Part shown: piece by piece, positions 50,927 to 63,785 of the stretch
Numbering within the stretch: position 1 is the first letter of the stretch
Layout: every line of letters starts with the position of its first letter
Assembly: GCA_965207445.1 (NCBI GenBank)
Contig: CBDBLX010000002.1
Location: forward strand, 96,001-160,000
DNA from: Nitrosopumilus sp.
GTDB taxonomy: Archaea > Thermoproteota > Nitrososphaeria > Nitrososphaerales > Nitrosopumilaceae
DNA: 64,000 nt
Reading direction: 5' to 3'
Translations under genes and position numbers: made by a program
Notes under the pieces: model-generated
What the model was told of the DNA's origin: nothing
Databases searched by the model: none
What the model saw: the letters and a program-made list of their open reading frames with translations, nothing else

Positions 50927-52128
50927 ATGATGGGTGATCCGATTGATAATCTACTTGATGCAGCAGAGGCAGGAAGATCTTTAATAATTAATAGAACTGT
51001 AATGCATTTTACACATATACCAGACACTATCCTTCATAGAGATGAAGAACAAAAGGCAGTTGCTCAAATTCTACTTCCTATCTTAAAAGGTGCAAGGCCA
51101 TCAAACTTACTTGTATATGGCAAACCTGGAACTGGTAAGACATTAGTTGTACGCAAGGTCATATCAAAGATACAACAACGAGTTGAAAATTCTGAGTTTC
51201 CAATACGACTTGTATATACAAATGCCAAAGATGAAACAACATTGGGTGGTTTACTCACGAGTCTTGGAAAGGAACTTGGTATGGATAAAAAACGTCTACC
51301 TGTGACTGGCCTTGCAATAAGTGAGATCTTCAAACGCATATTAGATGAGATTGCTAATAACCATCTCAACGTGGTGTTTGTTATTGATGAGATTGATCAT
51401 TTGGCACGATTGGTTGGACGTACTGGGAAAGATATTTTATATCAATTAACTGGCGCTAATGAACGTCTAGTATCTGGTTCAACTACCTTGGTTGGTATAT
51501 CAAATGATTTATCATTTAAGGATAATTTAGATGGTCGTGTGATAAGTAGATTGGCAGATGAGGAAGTGGTGTTTACAAATTACACAACAGAGCAGATTCA
51601 AAAAATTCTAAAAGAGAGAACAATAATAGCATTTACACCAAACTCTGTTGAAGATGCTGCTTTGAGTCTATGCGCGGCTCTAGCAGGAAAAGAACATGGT
51701 GATGCTAGGAGAGCAATTGACTTGTTACGTGTTGCAGGGGAGATTGCAGAGCGTAAATGTGATAGTACTGTCTCTGCTGAGCATGTGCGAGAGGCATCTA
51801 AAAAAATGGAGGAAGATAAAGAGATGACGGCTCTAAAATCATATCCTCTACATGAAAAGATCATCATACTTGCAATCATACAGACAGAAAATAACTCTAC
51901 GGGAGGAATATACGCGCATTACAAATTATTATGTAAGAATGTTACAGTAGAACACCTCACACAACGACGTGTAACTCAGATGTTAAATGAGATAGAGTTA
52001 TCTGGAATTATTACAGGTAAGATTGCAAGTCAAGGAGTACATGGTCGCACAAAAAAACATCAATTGACAGTATCACATAATACAGTTAAAAAAGCATTTG
52101 AAAGTGATCTTACACTACAAGAAGTACT

Positions 52129-52132
<4 letters not shown>
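50927..52132 (+). CDS. cdc6: Orc1/Cdc6 replication initiator
   Basis: YGKPGTGKT, IDEID, GDARRAIDLLR, winged helix with GVHGRT. Confidence 0.95.
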
Positions 52133-53592
<1,460 letters not shown>

Positions 53593-53858
53593 TTACAGAT
53601 AACTTTCTTGTTAATTAAATCGATTCTTAGTTAGATTTAGTTATAGGTTGTCTGTTAATGATCTTTCGTTTTAGGGTAAAACAGTTCAACAAAAAAGAGT
53701 GGTGATAATGTGTCAAGACCATATAAAAGATCTATACCTCTAATCTCAAAAATCACCATTTTGTTTATGAACAACTAACACACTGATCTAAAAACAATAG
53801 ATACGATTCCCCACATAGACACGGTTACCCACAAATAGACAGTAATACTTGTCACATT

Positions 53859-54386
53859 GTGGAGTACACTCGGCTGGTATGGTTTTTTGCAGTCATGGGA
53901 GCATTTGCAACCATCTACCAACTCGGCTCCATGTCTGAGATATCAGAGCCAGAAGCAGAACTCGTTATGGCTCAATTTGAAGAGTTGATCGATGGGATAG
54001 ATGCGTTTGGAATATTCTTACACAATACAACTATTGCACTATTAATGTTCATACCTGGGTTTGGTATGATATGGGGACTTTTTTCTGCTTGGTCAACTGG
54101 ATTTGTGTTTGCTGCGATCACTTTCAGTATGCCTGACGTTGAGGGAGTAATACCTACAATGCCACTTGCTTTGTTGTTCCTCACACCATTTGGCTTGTTG
54201 GAAATCTGTGCATACTCACTTGGCATGTCAAGAAGTTTGATCCTACTTTTCTCAATAATAAAGAGACAGCCGCTCTTAGTGCATTTGAAAAGTACAATAA
54301 TTGAAGTAGGTATAGTCATAATACTCTTACTGATAGGTGGTTATGTAGAGTTCTTTATGATAGAAGAGTTTCTAGAGCACAGTTGA
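53859..54386 (+). CDS. SpoIIM-like membrane protein
   Basis: IFLHNT.IAL..FIPG.G, PFGLLEI.AYS, GGYVE. Confidence 0.75.
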   Translation: MEYTRLVWFFAVMGAFATIYQLGSMSEISEPEAELVMAQFEELIDGIDAFGIFLHNTTIALLMFIPGFGMIWGLFSAWSTGFVFAAITFSMPDVEGVIPTMPLALLFLTPFGLLEICAYSLGMSRSLILLFSIIKRQPLLVHLKSTIIEVGIVIILLLIGGYVEFFMIEEFLEHS

Positions 54387-54390
54387 TTGA

Positions 54391-55137
54391 TTATTGGCTG
54401 TCTTTTGTGGATTCGCTTTCCTCTTTACTACTATCCCACTGCCACTTGTAATTCATGTAAGAGTCTATTTTTGCTTGATTGAACACCATTACACACAAAT
54501 CAGAAAATTCTCTTCCTTCTAGATCGCTTGTCATTCCATCAAATCTTGTCTGTTCTTCTGTTGTGAGTGCTTCAAAGACACTCACACGCATACTTTTCGT
54601 ATCAAAACCATACTCTCTGAGATATATGGCCACCTCTGATGGCATAAAATGCTTGTCTGGTCTCTTTGGCCATGGTCTTGGAATCAAAATTACACTCAAT
54701 CCTACTTTGAGTGCCTCACACATTTCTTGCTTTTTACCCTCGATGGATGATGTGACATGCATTGTTATTATTCTAGATTTGTCAAGCGGCACACCTGTCA
54801 TAGCTGCTGCTACTTGAACTGAACTAATACCAGGAATTATCTCTACTTTATCTCTACCAAATATTTCAAATAATCTGTCTATCACCTCTGACTCTGAAAA
54901 ATTCGCGTCACCTGTAAATGGCACTACCAATGTCTCATCTCTAGTCATACTTGTTGCAACACTTTGCAAAACATCTTCCTGACTTGACATTGTAACTTTG
55001 TGTATGGTAGTTTTTTCTGATGTAATATGTCGTATTGTGTTGAGTGTATACTGGTATCCTACAATAATATCACATTTTTGTATGATCTCTTCTCCTATAC
55101 GAGTTACATATTTTGGAGAACCAGGCCCTACACCCAC
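54391..55137 (-). CDS. cbiE: Cobalt-precorrin-7 C5-methyltransferase (true start probably slightly upstream)
   Basis: VYAVGVGPGS, FTGDANFS, IPGISSVQVAAA, EALT..E. Confidence 0.85.
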   Translation of the reverse strand: MGVGPGSPKYVTRIGEEIIQKCDIIVGYQYTLNTIRHITSEKTTIHKVTMSSQEDVLQSVATSMTRDETLVVPFTGDANFSESEVIDRLFEIFGRDKVEIIPGISSVQVAAAMTGVPLDKSRIITMHVTSSIEGKKQEMCEALKVGLSVILIPRPWPKRPDKHFMPSEVAIYLREYGFDTKSMRVSVFEALTTEEQTRFDGMTSDLEGREFSDLCVMVFNQAKIDSYMNYKWQWDSSKEESESTKDSQ

Positions 55138-55229
55138 TGCATAGACGCGCGTAGATGATTCTAGTTTTGTCGTTTTATGTCCCTCCTCTATATTATCATT
55201 ATACTCATCATATACTCATCATATACTCA

Positions 55230-55730
55230 TCACTGTTGCTGTAAGTGCCGTCGCCTATCTTTCACAAATTCAACGAATGGACCCCAATCAACTTTCATGT
55301 ATTTGGTGGGCTCCTTTGCAGGATACTTTACCCAGTCTTGTGCTATTGTATAACTATGCTTTTCTTTCTTACCTTTATCTTTTTGATATTCGATCTCCAA
55401 CACACTGCCCCATGCTTTTTCCTCATATGTGATATCCATTATACACTCGTATGGTATCTCGATATTTCTATCATCTAACAAATCATCTACCAAATTCTCC
55501 TCTGTGTATCCATCGTGTCGAATCATGGTATTTTTTGATCTGATAAACTTTACTACCTGTCTTCGCATTATTGCATCCCACCATTTATAGTTCGATTCTG
55601 TCTTGTGCACAAACGCTACGTGTCTATCTGTAAGAAAGAGCATTCCTTCTCTACCTCCAATTGAAAAGAATCCGATGGATTCTCTCCACACTGAGACTAT
55701 ATGTGCATGAATTTTTTCATCAGAGTGCAT
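55230..55730 (-). CDS. Conserved thaumarchaeal hypothetical protein (PH-like)
   Basis: GMLFLTDRHVAFV...DWVKYPAKEP. Confidence 0.65.
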   Translation of the reverse strand: MHSDEKIHAHIVSVWRESIGFFSIGGREGMLFLTDRHVAFVHKTESNYKWWDAIMRRQVVKFIRSKNTMIRHDGYTEENLVDDLLDDRNIEIPYECIMDITYEEKAWGSVLEIEYQKDKGKKEKHSYTIAQDWVKYPAKEPTKYMKVDWGPFVEFVKDRRRHLQQQ

Positions 55731-55843
55731 ATGCCTAACAAGTATGCCACCTTTTTTAAAGTAAGGTGCAACAAGATGGGCTTTTAAGTAAGTTGAATGA
55801 CACACCTATATTGAAAAACAGCACTAGGACTCTGAGTTTTAGT

Positions 55844-57625
55844 ATGACTATTATGACAATATCACTTTTAGTAACTGCATGTGCCGTATTGGCGTCATCA
55901 TCTACAATCACACAGGTGATGGTATATGCGCAATTGCAAGATAACGATGACAAGGTGGCAGTACTAGAGACAGAATTGGGTACGATCGTAATAGAGTTTT
56001 TTGATGATGATGCGCCCAACCATGTGTCTAATTTCATAAACTTGTCAGAGTCTGGATTTTATGATGGGGTTTTATTTCATAGAATCATATCTGATTTTAT
56101 GATTCAGGGTGGTGATCCCAATACAATTAATGGTGAACAAAATACATGGGGCATAGGTGGCCCAGGACATGCAATAGATGCAGAGTTCAATGACATAAAA
56201 CATAACCGCGGTATCGTGTCTGCGGCAAGATCTCAAGACCCCAATAGTGCTGGTTCTCAGTTTTTTATAGTTCATCAAAATTCTAACTTTCTTGACGGAC
56301 AGTATACGGTGTTTGGTAGGATCATTACAGATGGTAGTTTTGAGACATTAGATGCAATAGCCAGCGTCCAGACTGAAGCGCAAGACAGACCTGTTGATAT
56401 TGAACAGGTTCGAATAAACAGCATCCGTATCATAGAACGCTCTGAGATAACCGATGCACTTACACTCTCACCTCCTGAGCGTAGCACTGAATCTATACAA
56501 ACACCACCCCCTCCAACTGAGCAGGCATACATTAGCGATGAGCTTGGAATATCATTTATGGTTCCTCCAGGTTGGTTCATACAAGAACCAGGACGCCAAA
56601 ACCCCGAAGCCCCTAACGTTGTTGCTATAGGGCCACAGAACCCGGCAGATGGTTCTATGCCTCAATTCTATGTCTATGTTGTTGATGCTAACAATATGAC
56701 GATCGAGGAGCTTGTAGATAAACGAGTAGCAGAGATTCAGAGTATAGTAAGCGTAGAGGACTTTGATACATTAATACAAGAACCTACTGTTGTATCTGGA
56801 CTTGATGCTCATAAATTTGAGATTATCGAAAACATTGCTTTTGATAATACCACCATTCCAGTTAAACTTGTAGAGATATTGGTTTATGGTGACGAGTACT
56901 ATTACAGATTAGCTTATGCACATGTACAAACGCATTTTGAGACTGCTGTACCTGATTTTCTCAAATTATTAGAGACGTTTGAGGTGACTGGGCCACCAAC
57001 AATCGACTCTGACTCTCCATCCATGGACTCTGATGACTCTCCATCCATGGATACTAGTGAGACTATGTTAAATGATGATGATTCCCCATCCATGGACACT
57101 AGTGAGACTATGTTAAATGATGATGATGATGGTAATGGCAATGATGTAATGACTGGTGACACCACAACTGATACACAATTAGAAAACGAACTAACAGGTG
57201 CCATGTCCTCTGATACTGGTGGTGACAATGGTGGATGTTTGATTGCAACTGCTGCATTTGGCTCCGAGTTGGCACCTCAAGTTCAAAGCTTGCGTGAGAT
57301 AAGAGACAACACGGTTTTGTCCACACAATCTGGTGTTGCTTTTATGTCAGGATTTAACACTGTATACTATTCATTCTCGCCACATGTAGCAGATGCGCAA
57401 CGTGAGTACCCGATATTTAGGGAAGCAGTCAAGCTATTCATTACTCCCATGATATCATCACTTGCTATAATGAATGCTGCTGATACTAATTCTGAGGGTG
57501 ATGTTGTTGTGTTTGGCTCTGCGATAATAGTATTGAATATTGGATTGTATATCGTCGCGCCTCTAGTTGGATTCTTTACATACAAAAAGATTACAAACAA
57601 AAGGGCCCTTTACAGCATTAAATAA
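55844..57625 (+). CDS. Exported cyclophilin-type PPIase with PsbP-like domain and CFI-box-CTERM anchor
   Basis: FYDGVLFHRIISDFMIQGGDP, SAGSQFFI, LDGQYTVFG, acidic repeats, GGCLIATAAFGSELAPQVQ.LRE.RD. Start uncertain (TTG 55811 possible). Confidence 0.88.
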   Translation: MTIMTISLLVTACAVLASSSTITQVMVYAQLQDNDDKVAVLETELGTIVIEFFDDDAPNHVSNFINLSESGFYDGVLFHRIISDFMIQGGDPNTINGEQNTWGIGGPGHAIDAEFNDIKHNRGIVSAARSQDPNSAGSQFFIVHQNSNFLDGQYTVFGRIITDGSFETLDAIASVQTEAQDRPVDIEQVRINSIRIIERSEITDALTLSPPERSTESIQTPPPPTEQAYISDELGISFMVPPGWFIQEPGRQNPEAPNVVAIGPQNPADGSMPQFYVYVVDANNMTIEELVDKRVAEIQSIVSVEDFDTLIQEPTVVSGLDAHKFEIIENIAFDNTTIPVKLVEILVYGDEYYYRLAYAHVQTHFETAVPDFLKLLETFEVTGPPTIDSDSPSMDSDDSPSMDTSETMLNDDDSPSMDTSETMLNDDDDGNGNDVMTGDTTTDTQLENELTGAMSSDTGGDNGGCLIATAAFGSELAPQVQSLREIRDNTVLSTQSGVAFMSGFNTVYYSFSPHVADAQREYPIFREAVKLFITPMISSLAIMNAADTNSEGDVVVFGSAIIVLNIGLYIVAPLVGFFTYKKITNKRALYSIK

Positions 57626-57679
57626 GAATTCTTGGTAATTTAATAATACACGTTATAAACAAAGTTTTGTAAGACGTTG

Positions 57680-58130
57680 TGTGGCAAAAAAGATGTTGTA
57701 AATTTCAGACTTGATGCATACTGATATGATTAAAGATCCGATATTTTGATTGATATTCATCTTGAAGTTGAGTACATATTATGAATACAAAATATTAGAA
57801 AACTATCGGATCTTTAATGAAACTATTATGCAGATGTAATAGACGATCTCAAAACACGTGCCAAACGTGCAGACATGACTTTAACAGACGTACTAGTAGA
57901 TGCTCTCAAGGATACAGACTGACTAACAAAGATAAAGTATGAACAAGAGTTGACAAAATCCAGACTTGATAGAGTTGAAAAAATGTATTACAATGTAACA
58001 CACAAACCAATTCCAAAGACACGCTCAATTACAATACGTGTTACAGATGCAGAATATACCTTGATCGTTAATATTGCAAAAAGGAAGGAATCAAAAAGAT
58101 TGATTTTGTTAGACATGCGGTTTTAGATCA
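57680..58130 (+). pseudogene. Double ribbon-helix-helix (CopG-like) protein interrupted by a MITE and stops
   Basis: DVVNFRLDA|DVIDDLKTRAKRADMTLTDVLVDAL, then KTRSITIRVTDAEY. The frame is restored by removing the MITE and one TGCA. Confidence 0.6.
57719..57828. mobile_element. 110-bp MITE
   Basis: Inverted copy of 39267-39376, 4-bp TSD TGCA. Confidence 0.88.
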
Positions 58131-58224
58131 TACAATACCTGCAATTTCAGATACAGAAAAGCCTGTACTGGAAGTGACACAATAATTATAATCTCTTATA
58201 TAACGAAAATAAGATAGATGTAAT

Positions 58225-58449
58225 ATGGTAAGTGAAAAAGATGATAGACCAGTTATGCATAGTGAATGGAAAGAAGATCGAGACTATATGAGAAATGCAT
58301 TAAAAAATGTGAATGGTAGACTGGATAAGGTAGACGCAGCAATAAAAGATGTAAACACAACATTACAAACACACAAAGAATGTCTCAATAGTATACTAAA
58401 GGCAGTGAACGGTAAAAAGAGCAAGAAAGACAAAAAGAGTAAAAAATAA
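58225..58449 (+). CDS. Small coiled-coil hypothetical protein with basic tail
   Basis: 74-aa ORF. Confidence 0.5.
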   Translation: MVSEKDDRPVMHSEWKEDRDYMRNALKNVNGRLDKVDAAIKDVNTTLQTHKECLNSILKAVNGKKSKKDKKSKK

Positions 58450-58519
58450 TACGTAAATCAAAGTCATAAAGTATCAAATTTGTCCCTTATGTAATAAAGG
58501 ATAAACAAACAATAACAAT

Positions 58520-58680
58520 TTTTGCAAGTATTATGATAATTATACGTCTGTCAACTACAGGAATTGCATATGCAGAGATACCAGACTGGATTAGAGAAGC
58601 AGCAAGTTTTTAGGCAGAAGGTGGTATAGATGATCAAACTTATCTAAATACAATATCTTGGCTTATATACAATAGATCAT
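58520..58680 (+). pseudogene. Remnant of a thaumarchaeal exported IPxWI-motif protein
   Basis: GIAYAEIPDWIREAASF*AEGGIDDQTYLNTISWLI. Confidence 0.5.
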
Positions 58681-59214
58681 ATGCATAATCAATATTTTAT
58701 TAGTACATATTATTTTTTTATATTTAAAAGATTATATTAAGTATTTTTGATTAGTTAGTTTTATAATCATTTATGAAAATTTATCCAAACATTTAATATG
58801 TGGTCAGATTTAGGTCACACGCTTGACAGCACAACAAGAGCAAATTATAAGAGATTCAAGAGAAGAACTTTAAAAAACAAAAATACAGTTACAAGTAAAA
58901 GACGACACAATTCAGAAAAAAGACAAGACAATAGAAAAATTTACCAAAAAGGTAAATGAACTTGAATCTATGTGAAATTTCAATGTTCTCAAACGTGGTG
59001 GGAACTTACAATTCATGCATGCTCAAAACAACATCGAGACTACGATAAATAGTGGGCGTCCAATTAAGACGTACCGTCTCAATGTCAAAAGAAAGATTCA
59101 ATGACGTGTGTGTTAAAGTTGTCAACATATCTTGTAAAGATGACATTGTACTATAAAGATGGCAGTCCTCGACCTGACAACAGATGCAAACTGTCATGAA
59201 ATCAGACTATATAC

Positions 59215-59688
59215 ATGTCAATTTTATCGAAAAAGTCTGCCACAAGACAGGTAGACTTTGAGATGTGGCTTGGCATAAGCCAAAGTACCATCTCAAGGGC
59301 AATCGAACACATCGATTGTATACTTGTCAAAGTATTACCTACTGCCAATGTTATCCAGCAAAAGATCAAAGACGCAGATGCAACTACACTTGATCAATTT
59401 GTGCCTGATAATAAACACATGATTGATGGCACCGAGTTTACAATGAAACGCCCACACGACAATGACGTACAAAAAGAATACCATTCTGGAAAGAAAGAAA
59501 AAACTACATACTGTAAAATCGACGATCGTTATAAACAAACAGGATTGATAATCTATGCAGGATCTGTTTACAATGACAAGAAACATGACATGGCAATGCT
59601 TCGTTTAGATGATCCTGATTTGGGTGTTATAACTGAGCGTATGAAATCAACACAGACTGCAGATGAAGACAAACCCACAAGTTGGTAG
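59215..59688 (+). pseudogene. IS5/ISL2-like (DDE_Tnp_4) transposase remnant
   Basis: GISQSTISR (HTH), IDGTEFTMKRP..QKEYHSGKK, KKHD. Truncated before the later catalytic residues. Confidence 0.75.
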
Positions 59689-60035
59689 AGCGTGCAATAG
59701 GAAAGCTAAAACATTTTTCAATGCTGCGAATATATACATCAGATCTGATGATTCTCTTGACTGTGACTTGCAGATTATATCAGGATTAGTTAACCACCGT
59801 CTACTTTGGGATTCTAAAGAGAAAAAATTAAAGTTTGATCTCTGACCAGTAATTAAGGATTCATTTTGCCCGGGCATGCTTTCATTTATTTTCCATCTAT
59901 AATAGATCATATAGAAATATGATTTTTTATTGAAATTTGTTTTAATTTTTATTTGTTCTTATAATATATTGATTGTGTAAAAGGTCTAATAATAATAATA
60001 ATACTACACAACATTAAAGATGGCTGACATTTGAC

Positions 60036-61433
60036 TTACCATAAATCGTCTACTTCATCAAGAACCTTGAACTCTTTTTCGGCCTTGCGCTCTGTAAGCT
60101 TGAGTCTAGATATGTCTCTCTTAAAGAACAAGTCAATAACCCAGTCAAGAAATATTCTAGTCTTTTTCTCCCCTGATGGAATCTTTGCAATATAGATAAT
60201 CCTCCATACAACCCACGCCCAAAACCCGGAAATATTTATACCAAAAATAGATGCAATGCCTGTCCTCTTACCTATGATGGCCATTTGGCCTTTATCTTTA
60301 AAGACAAATTTTTCTTTTTTATGATCCTTGATTATAGCAATTAAATTTTTGGCGGCAATCTTACCTTGTGCCTTTGCAATCTGAGCCGTGGGTGGTACGC
60401 CTCGCTCTGTGCATGGATCCACAAAATGTACACAATCCCCTATCGCAAAGATCTCAGGTGATCCTGGTACCTCCAAGTATTCATCTACTAGAATCTTACC
60501 CCTTTCAGTCTTTAACATGGATCTTTTGATTGTATTGACTGGTGTGACGCCTGCTGTCCACACAAGTGTCTTTGTCATTATTGTTTCCTCTTGTTCTACA
60601 TGATTTGAATCTCTTAGACTTTTCAAGGTGACCGTGGTACCATCAAACCCCTTGACAGCAGTTTGCAGTTTAAACTCTATTCCATGCGCTTCCATCTTTT
60701 CTTTTGCAAATTTCGCCAAGCTTTGATTAAATGCAGGCAGTACGTTTGGAAGCGCGTCTAACACTATGACCTTTATGTCATCTTTTTTTATAGAGTGATA
60801 GTACTCTACGCGCGCATCATGCAAGAGGTCTACAAGTTCACCTGCTGTCTCTATTCCTGCAAATCCTGCACCTGCAATCACAAAACAGAGCATACTCTTT
60901 CGTAAAATCGGATCAGTCTCATTTTCTGCCTGCTCCAACATGTCAATAATTCTATTTTTAAGTATGGCCGCATCACCAAGTGTTTTGAGTGTATATGCAT
61001 TATTCTCAACATCTGACATTCCAAAAAAGTTTGTCTCGCTTCCAAGCGCAATGACTAAAAAGTCGTAATGTATGTACAATCCTCTCTTGTCTGATGTGCC
61101 CCATAAAGTTACGGTTTTAGCATGCGGTTCTATTCCCTTTACCCTCCCTTCATAAAATGTGGTCTTTTTACAAATTGCGCGTATTGGTGTGACTATATGT
61201 CTAGTCTCTATCATACCTGATATTACCTGAGGCAACATTGGTGTAAATAGCATAAAATTATCTTCATTGATTAGTATGATCTCTATGTCTGGATCACTTT
61301 TTAATTCTTTTTCTAGATTCTGTGCACACTCAACTCCAGCAAACCCACCACCCAATATGAGTATCCTCTTCTCTCTTCTTTTACTAGTGCTCAATTGACA
61401 ATTTATCTTTAATTTGTTTATATATGCTATCAC
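60036..61433 (-). CDS. Type II NADH dehydrogenase-like FAD oxidoreductase
   Basis: ILGGGFAG, FTPML, AGAGFAGIETAGEL, WTAG, FAIGDC, PPTAQ. Confidence 0.88.
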   Translation of the reverse strand: MIAYINKLKINCQLSTSKRREKRILILGGGFAGVECAQNLEKELKSDPDIEIILINEDNFMLFTPMLPQVISGMIETRHIVTPIRAICKKTTFYEGRVKGIEPHAKTVTLWGTSDKRGLYIHYDFLVIALGSETNFFGMSDVENNAYTLKTLGDAAILKNRIIDMLEQAENETDPILRKSMLCFVIAGAGFAGIETAGELVDLLHDARVEYYHSIKKDDIKVIVLDALPNVLPAFNQSLAKFAKEKMEAHGIEFKLQTAVKGFDGTTVTLKSLRDSNHVEQEETIMTKTLVWTAGVTPVNTIKRSMLKTERGKILVDEYLEVPGSPEIFAIGDCVHFVDPCTERGVPPTAQIAKAQGKIAAKNLIAIIKDHKKEKFVFKDKGQMAIIGKRTGIASIFGINISGFWAWVVWRIIYIAKIPSGEKKTRIFLDWVIDLFFKRDISRLKLTERKAEKEFKVLDEVDDLW

Positions 61434-62113
61434 GCGCGTCTTATACCGTCACGCAATACACCATATGCTCGTACAGCATCTTTTTCCCTTACTATTATTA
61501 TAATGTCATCTTGACCAAAGTATGCATTTACAAGATCTATTCCTGCTGTGTGTAAAATGTCTGCTACATGCGACAACGCATCAGATGGACTGCCATTATT
61601 AGGCGTATCCACTACAACTCTGATCTTTGCGAGGCCTGTACTAAACATATTATCATTTGTTTTTCCTTCTTGCATACTACGGAAGATCTCTTTGACAACC
61701 TCCATATCTTCTGCCAAAAATCTAAAAGAGTCCGAGAACCTAAAGAACTCATAATCTCTACCTGCCTTGGCAAATCTTCTCAACACCTCTGGTGCTCCCC
61801 CCTGCTGGTCAAACTCATTGGTAGAGAACCTAACATCCATCATTCCATCAGTTAGTGTCACTCTTGCATTCTTTAGTATTGGTTCTTCTTTTGGTATCTC
61901 TTCTTCTGCCAACCTATCTGCGTATCTTTTAATAGCTACTACTATTGTATTGAGATTGACTTTGTTGCCTAGTATACTCTCAACGTCTGGTTGTATCTTT
62001 ACTGCTAGTGCAGTATAGTTGATCAAGTCCATCATCATACAGTCATATATGGATCTATTTCTTGATATGATCTCCCTCACTGCCTCTGGAACTGATGTAC
62101 CGATGGTTCGCAT
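61430..62113 (-). CDS. Archaeal ACT-domain regulatory protein
   Basis: LINYTALAVKI...TIVVAIKRY and a C-terminal ACT-like region. Confidence 0.75.
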   Translation of the reverse strand: MRTIGTSVPEAVREIISRNRSIYDCMMMDLINYTALAVKIQPDVESILGNKVNLNTIVVAIKRYADRLAEEEIPKEEPILKNARVTLTDGMMDVRFSTNEFDQQGGAPEVLRRFAKAGRDYEFFRFSDSFRFLAEDMEVVKEIFRSMQEGKTNDNMFSTGLAKIRVVVDTPNNGSPSDALSHVADILHTAGIDLVNAYFGQDDIIIIVREKDAVRAYGVLRDGIRRA

Positions 62114-62220
62114 ATAGTATTACAGTTTGTAAGCTATAATAGTTTTTTGTAATACATTAGCACACATACAAGTAATCTTTATATAATGTAATATGTATTA
62201 CATAAGTAGGTGAATATGAC

Positions 62221-62793
62221 ATGTTCTTCGGAAACGACACAGACAGACTCCTAAAGAGATTCTTCTCTGATCCGTTTGGATTTGAGTTGGATACTTGCGA
62301 TGGAAGTTCTGGCTGTGGTATAAACCAAGACAAGAGTGATGTTTCACTTCGTAGCAACCCTAGTGTAAGATACTATGGTTTTGTGGCAACTATGGGACCA
62401 GATGGCCGTCCTATTGTACGTGAGTACGGCAACATGGGTTCTGTGGGGCACAAGCTATCAGAGCAAGAGGGATACTTGCAAGATGCTACACAATCTCGTG
62501 ATGCGAGAGAGCCCTTGATGGACACTATCGTTGATGAGAAAGAAAAAGTTCTCAAACTGATAGCAGAGATGCCTGGTGTCGAGAAGAGTGACATAAAGAT
62601 CACCGTCAACAAGAGCCACGTATCAGTATCCACTGATACTCATAATGACGGCAAAAAATACCAGATGCAGATCCCACTTGAGCACAAGGTTGATGCAAAC
62701 TCCGCCAAAGCTACGTATCGAAACGGAATTCTTCAGATTACCTTTGACTTGGTCAAAGGTCCACAAGATGGGAAGACGATCAAAGTAGATTAG
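62221..62793 (+). CDS. Archaeal small heat-shock protein Hsp20
   Basis: YYGF..GPDGRP.VREYGN, AEMPGVEK, AKATYRNGIL. Confidence 0.9.
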   Translation: MFFGNDTDRLLKRFFSDPFGFELDTCDGSSGCGINQDKSDVSLRSNPSVRYYGFVATMGPDGRPIVREYGNMGSVGHKLSEQEGYLQDATQSRDAREPLMDTIVDEKEKVLKLIAEMPGVEKSDIKITVNKSHVSVSTDTHNDGKKYQMQIPLEHKVDANSAKATYRNGILQITFDLVKGPQDGKTIKVD

Positions 62794-62926
62794 TGTGATC
62801 GTCTTTTCCAATCTTATTTTTCTTTACTCTTTTCTATTTCTTACAAGTTGGTATTATTTAAAATGAATACATCGGGAAATTATATTTCTCCATAAAAAGG
62901 CATAAGGATGTATTATTATGCATAAC

Positions 62927-63118
62927 TTATTTTTTAATCGAATTTATGGTGTGGCCCCGATTCGTCACCATCTGTATTATGGTCTCTATGGAATAGTCAA
63001 TACCATGCTCTTCCTCAAAATGCTGTCTTAGTTCTTCAATCGTTGTATTTGTTGTCTCTGCACTAATAATATATCCACATTCAAATCCATAGTCTGCACA
63101 TCTTAAATTAAGAGCCAT
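62927..63118 (-). CDS. DUF1059-like small metal-binding protein
   Basis: LRCADYGFEC...HFEEEHG. Confidence 0.7.
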   Translation of the reverse strand: MALNLRCADYGFECGYIISAETTNTTIEELRQHFEEEHGIDYSIETIIQMVTNRGHTINSIKK

Positions 63119-63196
63119 TACCGAGTGCAAAATTTTAGTCTATAAAACTGTAATTATATACTAACTGTAATTATACATTTTTTACACTGACTAAAA

Positions 63197-63670
63197 GTAA
63201 CCATTCAACTACTTTCCAAATTTTATGCGTGGAATCACCGTCTACCTGAGTAGGCACTATCAAAATAGATTTAATTCAAATAAATTAGTGTATATTATTA
63301 ATGCATATTATTAATGCATGTTATTAATAGTACATTTTATAGATCCTTTATTACTTATCAAAACATATAGCGACGAGCATAAGTTTCCGTACAGTGAATT
63401 TTTGTGATTTCATGCCTGAAATAATTACATGTGCCAAAGTCCAATTGTGAAAACGTTACAGTAAATAACAATATGACTATTTTTATGTTCAAGATTATGG
63501 CAGTATGTTGCAATGTGCACGATATACGCCAAAGAATGGAATAAAATTCAAGCTTACACCCCTAGCGTAAGATATCAACGATTCTGCATATCAGTAGGCA
63601 TGAAATGAAAGTGCAACGACAGAATTACCTTATCAACGCCCCCAGGGGATTAACATAGGTGAACGGTTAC
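63197..63670. mobile_element. Putative IS66-type non-autonomous element
   Basis: GTAACCATTCAACTA and TAGGTGAACGGTTAC form an imperfect IR, same end type as 39251/39445. No TSD seen. Confidence 0.5.
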
Positions 63671-63785
63671 TTTTTTCATGATAAACTTTGGGTGTTCTTG
63701 TAGTATTAAAAACAGCACCAATTTGTGTATTGTTTTCTAATTTGTAAATGGGTTGATTCATTTTATACTTCTGTAATGTAGGTAT

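Noticed and set aside
57005..57130. Repeats in the PPIase linker as another duplication-plus-insert event
   Set aside because: They are in-frame head-to-tail units with no unique insert, consistent with ordinary slippage.
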